DNA from: Sedimentisphaerales bacterium
GTDB lineage: Bacteria; Planctomycetota; Phycisphaerae; Sedimentisphaerales; SM23-30
Direction: 5' to 3'
Length of the DNA stretch: 64,000 bases
Assembly (NCBI GenBank): GCA_963663965.2
Contig: CAXXFK010000013.1
Coordinates: 160,001-224,000, forward strand
The notes below the pieces were generated by a model. It worked only from the letters and a program-made list of their open reading frames with translations, did no database searches and was not told the origin of the DNA. The number at the start of each line of letters is the position of its first letter. The first letter of the stretch is position 1. This document shows, piece by piece, positions 20,410 through 33,400 of the stretch. A program made the translations under genes and the position numbers.

Positions 20410-21558
20410 ATGATTAGATCATTCTTATTGAAGGTAATTTTATTGGCAGTGTTGATCATAACAGGATGTAAAAGTAAGCCAGCTAAAGATTATGGTCATC
20501 AGTTACCACCGGGTCGTGTGGCTTTAGAAAAAATTACTGATCCGGCCAAAATACCTGATTTTACCTGGGCTTGTTCGAATTTAAAGGATCTGGAAATTGC
20601 CATCAATAACAGTCTGGATTATTACAATCATCAATCCAGCCAGGCGTATTTCCCCTATCTGGACATCACCCATGAGCGGGCAGTCGCCAGTTTAAAGGCC
20701 TTTAAAGATTTGTTTCAGATGAACTTAAGCGCCGATGAGTTGAATCGGATTATTCGCGAACGTTTCGATGTGTACCGTTCGGTAGGTTGTGATGGATTAG
20801 GGACTGTCTTGTTTACCGGTTATTATTCACCGATTTTCGATGGATCATTAACGCAGACAGGACTTTATCAGTACCCGCTATATAAGCAACCTCCTGATTT
20901 GATAAAGGGTCCTGATGGGACGATTTTAGCCCCTTATCCACCACGAAGCCAATTAGAGTCATCGGGTAAGTTGAAAGGGTTGGAACTGATCTGGTTGAAA
21001 GATCCATTCGAGGTCTATGTCGCTCATGTGCAAGGATCGGCTTTGATTCGACTGCCCGATGGGAAAATGGTGACAGTGGGTTATGCTGCGAATAACGGGC
21101 AGGATTATAAGAGTATCGGACTTGAGCTGGTCAAAGATGGCAAACTGTCTGCGAAGGAGTTATCCCTGGCGCGAATGATCGAGTATTTTCAACAACACCC
21201 TGGTGACGTGGTGACTTATGTTAACAGAAATCCGCGTTTTGTGTTTTTTCAGTTGGGAGAAGGCCGTCCTCGCGGAAGTTTAAATACTCCGGTCATTCCT
21301 TATCGATCCATTGCTACCGATAAAGCCGTCTATCCCCGGGGTGGTTTGGCTTATATCAAAACGCATCTTCCCACTTTGAATGGTTATCGCATATCTGAAC
21401 AACCATACGGAGGATTTGCGCTGGATCAAGATACCGGGGGAGCCATCCGTGCCCCGGGACGATGTGATGTGTATATGGGTCAAGGGGCGCTCGCCGGTCG
21501 GTTGGCGGGGCATACCTACCGTGAAGGGAATATCTATTATTTATTTGTAAAAGAATGA
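20410..21558 (+). CDS. mltA: Membrane-bound lytic murein transglycosylase A (MltA), lipoprotein
   Basis: IITGC lipobox; LFTGYY.P; HVQGS; NPRFVFF; SIATD; DQDTGGAI..GRCDVYMG (3D domain). Confidence 0.88.
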   Translation: MIRSFLLKVILLAVLIITGCKSKPAKDYGHQLPPGRVALEKITDPAKIPDFTWACSNLKDLEIAINNSLDYYNHQSSQAYFPYLDITHERAVASLKAFKDLFQMNLSADELNRIIRERFDVYRSVGCDGLGTVLFTGYYSPIFDGSLTQTGLYQYPLYKQPPDLIKGPDGTILAPYPPRSQLESSGKLKGLELIWLKDPFEVYVAHVQGSALIRLPDGKMVTVGYAANNGQDYKSIGLELVKDGKLSAKELSLARMIEYFQQHPGDVVTYVNRNPRFVFFQLGEGRPRGSLNTPVIPYRSIATDKAVYPRGGLAYIKTHLPTLNGYRISEQPYGGFALDQDTGGAIRAPGRCDVYMGQGALAGRLAGHTYREGNIYYLFVKE

Positions 21559-21598
21559 TGATTATATAAAGAACCGGGTATTAACCGATAGTAATAAG

Positions 21599-22612
21599 AT
21601 GAGATACCCGATTTTGATAAGTCCTATAATCAGTTGTTTTGTTCTGATATTCGCTTATGTCGGATTGTCGCAATTGTCAGGACAGACTGACAATGGGAAT
21701 CCAGGCATTTTTGCGGTAAAATATCATAACGCAATTGAAGATCCCCTGCATTTGCAGAAATCTCAGGTTTATGATATTTATGGCGAGTTTGCGATGCGCG
21801 GCACTGCGCTGCATGCACCCTCATTGCGTAAGATGTTCAATACGGCGATCCGGCAATTGACGGGACTGTCAGATGAATCGAAAGCATGGCGGCAGTATAT
21901 TGGCGATAATGAGCGGGTTGCGCTGGTGTTCTGTTCGGTAGGCGAAAGAGAGTTGGGCACCAACAGTCAGTTTTGCGGCAGTTTATTACAGACTTTATAT
22001 CGTTGTGACTATCACCCCGAGAATTTTTTAATAGTGGGCTTGAAAGAATTGCCAGATGAGGCAAAGGGGACGATGCCTTATCTTTATGGCTGGCAGGACA
22101 ATCCAGTGGATTTTTATAGTGACAGCGATGATCTGGCCCTCTGGCTCAATCAGGTCGACGCCATTATCGATATTCCAACGATTATGGATGACAATATTTT
22201 TGGGATGCGGGGATGTCTGACCAATTTAAGCTGGCCATTGATCAAATCGCCGGCTCGCTTGTATGTTTCCGGTGGCGATCCATTTATCTGCGATATCTAT
22301 CGTTTGCCTCAGATACGGGGTAAAGTTCGACTGCATATTGCCAATAGTTTACGCATTTTATGTTATGGCGGACCGGAAGTTTTACCGGCTTATATCAAGC
22401 AAACCGGTTCCATTTTGGTGAGTACCGATCCGGTGGCTTTGGACCGGGTCGCGTTGGAATTGATCCGGAGGGAACGCCGGTTAATGCCTTTACCTCGAGG
22501 GGCTGATTTACAGATTGATGCCGGATATCTGGAGACTGCGGAAGCAATGGGTTTAGGGTATCGCGACTTGAATTTTATCGATTATCAACGGATGGCTCAC
22601 GATAAAAAGTGA
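21599..22612 (+). CDS. DUF362-like protein (degenerate), N-terminal signal/TM
   Basis: S.DPVALD and YLETAE.MGLG C-terminal motifs; typical KPN and K.H motifs not seen. Confidence 0.55.
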   Translation: MRYPILISPIISCFVLIFAYVGLSQLSGQTDNGNPGIFAVKYHNAIEDPLHLQKSQVYDIYGEFAMRGTALHAPSLRKMFNTAIRQLTGLSDESKAWRQYIGDNERVALVFCSVGERELGTNSQFCGSLLQTLYRCDYHPENFLIVGLKELPDEAKGTMPYLYGWQDNPVDFYSDSDDLALWLNQVDAIIDIPTIMDDNIFGMRGCLTNLSWPLIKSPARLYVSGGDPFICDIYRLPQIRGKVRLHIANSLRILCYGGPEVLPAYIKQTGSILVSTDPVALDRVALELIRRERRLMPLPRGADLQIDAGYLETAEAMGLGYRDLNFIDYQRMAHDKK

Positions 22613-22652
22613 GTGATAGTCGGTTTGACAGTATTTTTTATCCTGAGGTGAT

Positions 22653-23537
22653 CTATCCCAGAATAGCTTTTTTCATGGCTGAGATATGAGCTGGTCCAGT
22701 GCCACAGCAGCCGCCAATGATGTTGGCTCCGGCCTTGACCAGCAGGGGGGCTTTTTGGGCCATTTGTTCGGGTGTTTCTTTAAAGACGGTTCTGCCATCT
22801 TCCAGAGTGGGCATGCCGGCATTGGGCATGGCCATAATGGGTGTGTCGGGCGCGTTGTCTTTGAGTATCTTGACCATTTCAATGGCGTGGTCCGGCCCGG
22901 TGCCACAATTGACGCCGATAATATCAGCGCCCAGTTCAACCATCGCTCGAGCGAAAACATCGGGACGGATTCCCATCATGGAGGCGTAACCCCCATTGGC
23001 CTGCGGATCAAACGTGAAGCTGGCGATCACTGTCAGGGAGGTGTTGGCTTTAGCCGCTTTGACCCCGGCGGCACATTCTTCCAGGGCCGTCATCGTTTCG
23101 ATAATAACCAGGTCAGCGCCTCCTGCTTCGAGGCCTTTTGCCTGTTCAGCAAAAGCGGCGATGAAGTTTTCTTCGGGTTCAAGTCCCAAAGGCGCCATGA
23201 ATTCGCCAGTTGGACCAATGCTGCCCAGGACGTATTGGGTATCGCCGGCAACTTCCCGGGCAATGCGGGCAGCGGCGGCATTGAGTTCGAAACAGCGTTC
23301 AGCCAGATTGTAATGGCGGAGTTTATAGGGTGACCCACCGAATGTGTTGCATTCGACAATATCACTGCCCGCGGCCCGATACTGACGATGAATATCCATT
23401 ACATCTTCAGCCCTGTCGACGCACCAGAGTTCCGGACATTGGCCTGGTTGGAGGCCTTTGGCTTGAAGAAATGTTCCCATTGCCCCGTCACAGAACAGAA
23501 TTTCACCATTTTTCAAACGCTCGAGAATCGACTGCAT
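22653..23537 (-). CDS. Homocysteine S-methyltransferase domain protein (stand-alone MetH N-terminal-like)
   Basis: DGAMGT, GSIGPTG, IETM, GVNC, PNAGMP, IIGGCCGT zinc ligands. Confidence 0.92.
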   Translation of the reverse strand: MQSILERLKNGEILFCDGAMGTFLQAKGLQPGQCPELWCVDRAEDVMDIHRQYRAAGSDIVECNTFGGSPYKLRHYNLAERCFELNAAAARIAREVAGDTQYVLGSIGPTGEFMAPLGLEPEENFIAAFAEQAKGLEAGGADLVIIETMTALEECAAGVKAAKANTSLTVIASFTFDPQANGGYASMMGIRPDVFARAMVELGADIIGVNCGTGPDHAIEMVKILKDNAPDTPIMAMPNAGMPTLEDGRTVFKETPEQMAQKAPLLVKAGANIIGGCCGTGPAHISAMKKAILG

Positions 23538-23890
23538 GCTTGCTCCTGATATTGGTTTAAGTGTCAGATTTTATCTCAGGCAGTATAACAGTAAAAAGTT
23601 GGTCAATTCAATCATAATGTTTATTTAATGATGGGTCATTCATTTCGTTAACAAAATGATAAAGCAATTCGACAAGTGGGTGAAAAACTGTTTTTTTTAT
23701 CTGGATTTTGAAAAAATCGGACCTATGGGAATGGTATGAAGGTGCTGGTTTATTTCATGATGGAGTCACGAGGTATCGTCCTGCAGATAAATGATGTAAG
23801 TGTTTTAAATAAAGAGAATAACATAGTAAATTGTGATTGCCCATATCATGATAGAGTGTCTGATAAATTAGAAGATATTGGTTTTTTTAT

Positions 23891-23919
23891 TTGCATATAC
23901 GACAATTGTCGTATATATT
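23891..23919 (+). promoter_or_regulatory. sigma70-type promoter overlapped by a perfect 22-bp palindrome (BlaI-type operator)
   Basis: TTGCAT-N17-TATATT; ATATACGACAATTGTCGTATAT at 23895-23916; extra half-site GTCGTA at 23928-23933. Confidence 0.8.
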
Positions 23920-23950
23920 CTAAATGTGTCGTAATATGGAGATATGAATT

Positions 23951-24364
23951 ATGGCGAAAATCTTAAAGAATGAATCGAATAATGAATTAACCGAAGCCGA
24001 ATGGGCAATAATGAAGATTGTCTGGCGGGAAGAACCGTGTACGGCAGGGACGGTGCAGGAGGCGCTGGCCCGGACCAGGGAATGGGCCTATAGTACAGTA
24101 AAGACGACGATGGACCGGATGGTTAATAAAGGATTGCTTGAACTGGAACGCATCCGTAATCTGCAATTGTTCCGGTCGAAAATATCTGAACAAGAGGCGC
24201 GTCGTGGCGAGTTTCGCAAGATGCTTAAGCGGGCGTTTGACGGGGCTTTGACACCTATGATGCAGTTTCTGGTGGAGAATGAGGAGTTTAGTCAAGATGA
24301 TCTGGAGCAGTTGCGGCAATTAACCGAGAAACTGCATCCCGAACGGAGCGAAACAAACAGGTGA
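23951..24364 (+). CDS. BlaI/MecI/CopY family transcriptional repressor
   Basis: LTEAEWAIMKIVW, WAYSTVKTTMDRMVNKGLL, FDGA...M..L; directly upstream of an M56 gene. Confidence 0.93.
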   Translation: MAKILKNESNNELTEAEWAIMKIVWREEPCTAGTVQEALARTREWAYSTVKTTMDRMVNKGLLELERIRNLQLFRSKISEQEARRGEFRKMLKRAFDGALTPMMQFLVENEEFSQDDLEQLRQLTEKLHPERSETNR

Positions 24365-24400
24365 TGATATGGTCTTGTTTAATATTAAGGGGTTTTAGTT

Positions 24401-27400
24401 ATGACTTATTGGATTGACATACTCAATCGGGCCGGCGAATATTTTTGTGAATATTCTCTGGGGATTCTAATCCAGTCCAGTCTGTTAATCGTGGTGTTGC
24501 TGGTGATTGACTGGCTGATCCGCAAACGGGTGCGGGCAGTGGTGCGGTATTGTTTGTGGATGCTGGTGCTGGTTAAGCTGGTGTTGCCACCGACATTGTG
24601 TATGCCGACGGGAATTGGCTACTGGTGGGCGCCTGATCTGATAACCCGACAGACCACGAATAAATCGATTGAGGAGAAATTGGAGGCGATGGAAACCGGT
24701 GAAACCAGCCCTGACACGGTCACAATTCTGCCAGAGCGTACCTATTTCGAAAAGCCTACGGTTATCTGGCCGGATGCGCCGGTTGTTGATAGGGGAGGTG
24801 AAGTGTCGCCGCCCGATCCTGCGGGTAACGTGGATATGCAGGAGGCAGTGCTGGCAGCGCCAACAACAATGGATGGTGACGCATTTCAGGGTGTGCAACC
24901 GGTGGTTCAGACGGTTGGAATTTCGCTCGACTGGCCGGCTGTTTTTATGTTGCTGTGGGTGGTCGGGGTAGTGATCCTGGGTGTTTTGCTGGTCCAGCGT
25001 TTTCTCTTTGTGCGGAGTCTGATCGCACAGAGCCGTCCGGCATATGGGAATGAATTGAATGATTTGATAATCTGCTGCCGGCAGATGGGCATACGACGGC
25101 CGGTAGAATTACGTTTAACGGCCAATATGCTCAGTCCGGCGGCGTGTGGTTTGTGGCATCCGGTGATTTTGATGCCGGACGCATTATTAAAAGATCTGAC
25201 CCAGGATAAGTTGCGTTCAGTGCTGATTCATGAACTGGCACATATCCGGCGCGGTGATTTATGGATTAATTTCGCGCAAACATTATTACAGATCGTGTTT
25301 TTCTATAACCCGCTGCTCTGGCTGGCCAATGGCATCATTCGAGGTATTCGCGAAAAGGCGGTCGATGAAATGGTGTTGACGAAACTGGGGGATCAGGCCG
25401 AGTCTTATAGCCGTACGTTGATCGATATTGCCGAGATCGCGTTTTCGCGGCCGCATTTCAGTTTGCGGCTGGTGGGTGTGGTTGAATCGAAAAGCGCTTT
25501 GAAAGACCGGATCAGGCATATCGTATCTCGCCCATTTCCCCGATCGGCCCGGATCGGATTGATTGGATTGATGAGCGTATGCGCCCTGGCAGTGTTGCTG
25601 ATCCCGATGGCTAAAGGAGAAAAAGAATTCGGTTTCTGGTCCAGGGGAGATTATCGCGTCAGTTTGAAAAACGGAACGACCGTTGAACTGGTTGGTGTTT
25701 GTAAATACCCGGGTGAAAGTGAACAGTGGTGGGGGCCGGATGGAGCGCTTCTGGGGATGGATATCGATATTCAGTTATTCAGCAAGTGGACCTTTGAAGA
25801 ACCTGACTATGGCCTGGTATTCAGAAAAACCGGTGATGCCGAGTTCAATATATTTAATATTAAAGGATCCAGCCAGACAATGAGGATGCTCGGGATCCAA
25901 CCTGAAGAGCTAATTGGTTATCGAATTCCTATCGATGGCCGTTTAAATAAGACCAATGTCATTATTGCCAGTCCAACCGGTCAGTGGCAAACGGCTTATG
26001 CTTCAAGCGCCATTGAAGGATCCAGTAGTGGTAAACTGCATGGCAAGAATATTATTTTCGCAGGAGTAGTGAAAGAAAATGACGGCCTGATCTTTTCGTG
26101 TACGGATGAAGTGGGATATCGAAATGCCACACGGGTGATCGCTATTGATCACAACGGATTTGAACATGTTGGCATCGAATTAACGAATACCGGTATCGAG
26201 GGAATTCGGCAACGCACGGTTCGGTTTGCCAGCTTGGCTGGCGGAGAGGTTGACCGGATTGCGTTTCAGACCAGTCCTTATGAGTATCATACTTTTAAAA
26301 ATGTCGCGTTGCGGCCCAAGCCTGAAGAGTCACGCAAGGCGCTACCGGTGCCCAAAGACGGGCTTTATGAAAATGCTAAAGGCTCTCGCAATCATAAAAT
26401 TAAGATTGGGCCCACCCGGTTTGAGGTTCATACGGTGGCGCGTTATGACCAGAAAGGTAACGCATTAATCAAGAATCCGGATGGTACCGAAAAGCAGGAG
26501 ATTGATCTGTCAACGCCCGATTACTCAGAAAAGGTGAAGTGGATGGATATCGCCCGGATTTATCTGGCGCCGGTAACGGCTCGCTATGATGTGATTGAGT
26601 TGCGGATTTTTGATCACCTGACGCGAGAACTGCTTTCCAGTGAGACCTATCCCGGCCTGGGCTATGCGATTAAGGATTCGGTTGTGACGGTCTGGAGTAT
26701 GGAGAAAAAACTTCCGGAGAGCCTGGATATCTGGATACGCTTGTTACATAATCCTGATGGTCAGGAACGCTTTTCTCTTGAGCCGGCGATAGGCAGTTCT
26801 GTCCGTATTGATGGCAATACGGTTCGGATTCTTGATTATGCTCCAGGGCGTTATAACTGGGCCAATGGTAAACGGACGCAGCATCATTCGGAATGGGACA
26901 GCAGTGTTACTACAATAGCGTTAGATTTTGACCGGTCAGGAAATAAAAACTATCAGATCTGTGCGGTGGGTCAGGATGGAAAGCGCGTCGTGCCGGATTT
27001 TCCACATTTTATCCGTCCGTCAAACGGTATGCAGATAATCGAATTCGGGATAAGGTCTGACCAGATCGACCATTTTGAGATTAGGCCATTTAATGGACGC
27101 GATCGTTTTTACTTTGATGATGTCCGGTTACCGGAACGGATAGGGAAACTGGCGCCGATGGCGGACTGCCCTCCGATTGCGACGTTTCGGCTAGTTGATA
27201 AGAAGGCGTCTTATCTATGCCATGAGGATTTGTACGAGGCGGTTTTAACTGTATTGCCTGGTATTAAAGTGGCCAGTATCCAGTCCAGCGCGTTGGGATT
27301 TGGCACCGCCTATACCACAAAACCTTCCGAGCAGGGTCACAACTCAGTTGCTCTTCAATTGACTGGCGCCGGGATAAAATCGGTTTCTCTGGTGGCACGC

Positions 27401-30400
27401 GATAAGGCTGGTAATAAGATCGATCTGGAACCGAATTATGGACACGGCTCGGCGGTGGGTTCAGCTTTTTGCTGTCATTATATTGAAACAGGAATACCGG
27501 TTGATGACATTCAAATGATTGAGGTCTATGCCGGAGAAGATGCCAGTCCCCGTCCGGTCCGCCAGATAGATAAATTGCAAAATACAGCTGAGTTACAAGC
27601 CAAAGTTGATGATTCCCAGTCCAGTCAAATGGAAGGTGACAGGGATTCCCATCAGATTATTTCCAATCTATTTGACACAAAGATTCCCGATACGGTTACT
27701 AATTTTAAAACCACCGGTTCCAATCCTTTCAGTGATGTCCGAATTCGTTTTGATATCCCGGTTGATGATCTTAAAAAGGTGATGTTACAGTCAGCCCGTT
27801 TTCCGGCGCTGGACGCGTTTCAGCAGGATGATCAATTGGCGGATCATTTGAAAAATGAACCGCTCGTGAAGGATTATCCCTGGTGGATACCCGATGAGCT
27901 GGTCGATAAGGTTTACAGCTGCTGGCAATTTTATCAGGGCGATTACGCCTCATCGATGTACAGTAATATCACTTGTGGTGTCGGGAAATTGAGCGATAGC
28001 ATGGCGCGGGTCTATATCCATAGTTTTTCGGATATGTCAGTTAAGCAAAATCCAGTTAAAAATCAGGGGGTCGAATTGGGTGGATTGCTTTGTCTGCTGC
28101 ATGCCGATCGCTCGGCTTGTCTGGAAGGCCAGGCGCCGGTAATTAAGGTGACGTTGAGAAATACCGGCAAACCGGAAACGCCAATCCGGCCATTAATGGT
28201 GACACCTTCTGCGGAAGGATTTATGTTGAAAATCCAGAAGGATGATGATGTGGATATTCGTGTGCGTCCAAAGAAAGCACCATTGCCCGAAATGCAATTA
28301 TTACCTGATAGTCGAGTTCCTGAGATTGAAATTCCACTGGATAAGAACTGGTATCCACGACAGAAGGATATCGAAGGGGAACAGGATTTGGAACTTACGC
28401 CGGGAAGTTATACTGTGCAAGTGATTGCGCAGGCTCATGGGACTCTGGATAGTCATAAACTGGTGAATTATCAAGTTACCAGTAATCCGGTTGAAATCGA
28501 TATCATTCCGGCTGATACAATCGCGTCCATGGCTTTCCAACACCCATTTCTGTCGGTGACACAACAGGATGTAACCGCGCAACTGCTGGGTATTCGCAAC
28601 TGGAGAACGGGTGAATTCTGGGCGGTGGATGGCACGATGACAGCAGCGCCGTATGGCTATGTGGCCGATTGGAATCCGGCGGAAGATCCGGATTGTGAAG
28701 CCTATGACTGGTATGAATTTGTTGTCAGGCTGGAACGCCCTGCTTATGAAGATTTGGGAGTGATCCGTTGGGATTTTGATCATATGCTCCATTCCAGTTC
28801 GGCTAATTCCAAGCCGTTGTTGTACAAGCAGGATATCCATATCGGCACGGTGAAATTACCTTATGGCACTTCTGAAACGACTTTGAACCTGGGATTGGCC
28901 GTGCGGCCCTGGCAGACAGTGGCTTCCGGCAATCATCTGGGATTTTATTCGGCCGGCGATGATACGATTAATATCAATTACGGGACCCAGTTTGGTTTAA
29001 AACGGGTTCCGCCGGGATCGAATGGCCACGCGATTCTGGTGACTTATACGATCACCGACCGGCAGTTCAGGGCGATCGCTATAGGGAAAGACGGTACGAT
29101 GCACGAATCGGCCTTTCATGGTTCTGGCGGTACAGATTCCATGCGGCAGACGCTGGCGTATTTTGAAGAGTTGAAGGCGCGGGATGTAAGGGAATACCGG
29201 TTTCAAATCAAGCCATTTGATCGCTTTGTTTTTGAGAATATTCCATTGCGTCCGAGTCGTGTGACTGACAAATCCCAAAAAGGTCTGGCGGTTCTTTGTT
29301 ATTACGCCGGCACAAATCCCGGCCATGTCGGTAGTTATTTTCTCGATCTGGCGACAGGTGAGCAATTTAATGCCACCGGAATCTATGGCAATTTGAGCAA
29401 TGCCCGGGATTTCGAAAAGGGCGATCTGATTTATAACCAGGGTAAAATCGCCTGCGTGCGTGAGGCAAAAATCGAGAAGTGGGAGAATGGCACACTCACG
29501 CCGGCTGCCATCTGGCCGGAGTCTTTGATTCGCAACGATCTTAAAGGTTCTGTCGCTTATTATGAACTTGAGCAGGTTCCGGCCGAGTATGTAGTAACGA
29601 CCCGGGAAGGGCGTCGATTCCATATCCAGGTACTGGCGGCGGACCGGCGGATTGCCTGTCTGGAGTTCTGGCCTGATGATACCACGGTTCGTACCAGGGA
29701 TTGGTCCGAATCGGTGGCAAAAATGATTGACGTTGCCGGACGATGGCTCAAGATTAATCGATTTGATGATGCCAAACTGCTGGCTGACCGCCTGGTTGAA
29801 CTGGCGCCAGAAAATCCTGATACTATTTTGCTCAAAGGGATGTGCAGTGTGAATGATCGGGAAGAACTGACCAAACTATATCAACTGGCACTGACGCGAT
29901 ATCAAGCCAGTAATAATCGCATCGGCGAGTATCTTGCTCAAAGGTTATTGGGAAACAGCGAACAAGCTGATCAGTTAATTCGCCACTCCCAGCAGAATCT
30001 CGCATCAGCCGGTTTTGCTGGATTGTCGAGCGAACAGCTTGAATTTTATATCATTAATCAATCAGAACCAAACGAAGAAGTTGCTGCCGACTCCGGTCAG
30101 AACCTGGTTGTCGAGCTACCTGATGGAGGTACGCTCACGCTGGCAGGAGTGGCCAGAGTATCTAAAAACAGCAAGACCTGGTATAGTCCGGATGGCAGGG
30201 GGCGCGTGAGTGAAAAAGATACCCGGCCTAATTATATCCCGCAGCCTGATGGTAATAGCTATGAATACCGCATCCGGTTGGATACCCCGTTTAATAAGCA
30301 GCATAAAACATCCCAGATCCGATGGCTTTACGAACCAGACCCCACATCCATCTATTGTCTGGCGCATAACTGGGCAGAGGGTGTCGATCAATGCGATGTG

Positions 30401-33400
30401 CGACTCCAATATCCAACTGAGATTAAAACGGCGAATATTTCTTTACAACTTTCCAACGGTCCCTGGGCAACAGTTGGTGTCAATCCGCCAGAACCAGGTA
30501 AGGAATTCCAGGAACAGTTTGGGATATTTTCAGTGATCGTATTCAATACGATTGATGAATCTGATGGGGGGATCTCTATAGAGTTGAGGCATCCTTTCCA
30601 GCGTTTGGGGCATCGGCTGGTTGCGTTTGATAAAAGCGGTCAATTACGCATGCCGGGTACCTATCGTGAAAATCAACCCGGCCAGGTTTCGGTACGCTTC
30701 GATGGATTGACACTGGATCGGGTGGAAAAATTTGAGTTTCAGACTCAGGCGTTAACAACGGTCAATTTCGCTGAGGTGGCCTTACAGGATGGGGTGATGA
30801 CTAATCCGAAAGTGACTTTGCGTCAAACCGCGAATGACCCGATGGCTGGCGAGAACGAGATCAGTGGGGTGGTTTATGGACCGATTACGGATGATACGAT
30901 GGATGCCTATTTCAAACGACTGGAAGCCGCGGAATCTCAGGATGAACTGGATCAACTCCACGCCTCTGAACCTCCCAGGGCAGATCGTCCGGCAGTAAGT
31001 ACGCTGGTGCGATTGCAGGGGCAAACCCTGACCCGGCAGACGATTACCCGCCAGATGGCTACGAATGACAAGGGTGAGTATCATTTTTCGGATTTACCTA
31101 TGGGATGGTATCAGGTTTCGGCTGAACAAACGATATCCGGCAATCTCACCGGAGGTAATCGCAAGGCAGTCGCGCAGGGTAATGCTCAGTTTAACCGAAC
31201 GACCCTCAATCGAAGGGTATTACCTTTACATTTACGAGATGATTTTGTGACGGTCAGGGGGCGGGTGACTGACGCGGAAGGGAATCCGATTGCCGGGGCC
31301 AGGGTAGCCGGACAGACAGCGCCGGTAGAAAATAATGGGATCGGTGAGACCGATGAACAGACCCGGGCCTTCGCGCCACAAAACGTTTCAGCCGTTACAA
31401 ATGCTGATGGCATCTATGAGTTGTCTGGGTTGGAACCAGCGAATGTCATTGCTGCGTTACGCTATCTGGTGAATGGGGGGCCGGGCTTTGAACTGGGTCA
31501 TAAATTCTTTTTAGATATGACGGTAATGGCTGGTGAAAAGAACGCCTCCACTCGAGCGACCCGGCGGGTACCACTGGTATCCCAGGTGACTTTGTATTGG
31601 GCCCGGCGCTATCTGGAGGTAGCGAATCGAACCAGCGAAAAACCGGTTGTTGAGAAGCCGGATTTGCCTTATCCGCTTCCCGTCAGTCATGGATACAGGA
31701 TTATTAATATCGATTTTATTTTACCGGAACCGGGTTCCAGCTTGCCGAAGTCCGGCGAATCCCGCACCGTGATGTTGCCTTCCAGTATCAAACAGGCGCT
31801 GGATTTAACATCTGGTCGGTTTGTTGAAGTTCCCATGGAAGCGTTGTCCTCACAAGAGGCCTGTCTGGCATATCTTAAAGAGCGAACTTCGGGTGGCGTT
31901 TTGTTCGATCATGATGGTGACATCTCGCAACTGGGATTTGTTAACATGACGAAGATCAGCCGGAATACCGAAAAACAGGTTGGGATCGACACTATGAAAT
32001 TTGCGTCGAATAATACGCCGCAGGATCTGGTAGTAGCGACCAGTCAAGACTTGAGATTTCAGCTTACTATTATTAAGGCAACTGATGAGGGGTGTCAACT
32101 GGAATACCAGCTTCTCGCTGATGAGGCTGCTGATCCGGCTAAGGTTTGGCCCGAAGCGGTTCCCGATAAGTCTGATGGTCCGGCTGATTTTGAAGCCTAT
32201 TTTCCTGAGAGTGAAGATGGCGCGCAGGCGCTGGAGACGCTGTGGAACGACCGGGAAAAAGATTTGCGTGACGCCGATGAAATTCTGGAGACGGTTCGAA
32301 AGGGATTGCGTGGATACCACGGACAGGGGAATATTATAGGCTGGGTAGGAAACCTGTTTATCTGGGGTAAGACTCCACAGAATGAAAAAGCCATTGAGTT
32401 AATGCTGCACGCATCCGACTCGCCGGATCGCAACCTGTATGGAGACGCGATCTATTTTGGTTTGTCGGTAACCAAAAACAAGACTCCGGCGATCCTGCAG
32501 GCGATGGTGGCGGTTGCCATGAAGACGGAGGATTATAGTGTTACCGGGCGTATCTTATGGGGGTGTGACGGACAAAAAGATAAACTGATGACCTGCCTGG
32601 AACCGTATCAGAATTCGCCGGATCCTGCGGTCAGGGATAAGGCACAGGATGTCAGGGATTATTTTAACGACAGTAAGGCGTTTATGGCCAAGCGTGAACA
32701 GCAACGCATCGAAATACTTAAAAAAGACTATGGCGATAAGCTGGATGATTTTAAACAGACCCTGCTGGAAGGTGATAGCCTATCACGGAAAGACTTGCTT
32801 CAGACATTTAATTCGAAGGGTTTAATGACAATTATCGATACCAGTTTTCTGGATGGATTCCAGGCGTGTCTTACTGATGAAGATCCTTCAGTCCGTTCTC
32901 AAACAGCCCGATTGATTGGCGGGCATTTCGTCTGGAGCGCAGAAACTCAAAATCAACGTGTAATCGATATGATGACTGAGTTGCTTGCCGATCCAGTTCG
33001 TCAGGTGCGTACGGAGGCTGTTTATTTTGGTCTGTCAACGGTGCGCAATCCGGATAAGGATCTGGTTAGTAAACTGTTGGCAACGATCCTGGATGATCGA
33101 GAGGTGAATTATTATGGCCGGGTGATCTGGGGTGTTAAACGGAACAAGCAAGCATGTATAGAAGTTTTACAGGGATGGATGGATCGGGATCGATATGATA
33201 CTGCGCAGCAGGCGGTTAAGGCGTACGAGATTTACGAAGATGTGACTGAACAGCCGTTACCGGAACAATATGCCCAACAGTTTACTGCCCGGAAATCCAA
33301 TGCCCATGAGGGGCTGGTGGCCATGTGTTATTCGCCACAAAAGATTGATATGGATAAAGAAACCCTCAGCCAGATGATTATCGGCAAATTGTCGGAAGCC

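Noticed and set aside
20410..21558. Peptidoglycan genes (mltA, uppP) as a surprise in a planctomycete
   Set aside because: Peptidoglycan in Planctomycetota is established, so this is not novel.
23538..23700. SAM or cobalamin riboswitch upstream of the methyltransferase
   Set aside because: The leader is short and AT-rich with no recognisable conserved core.
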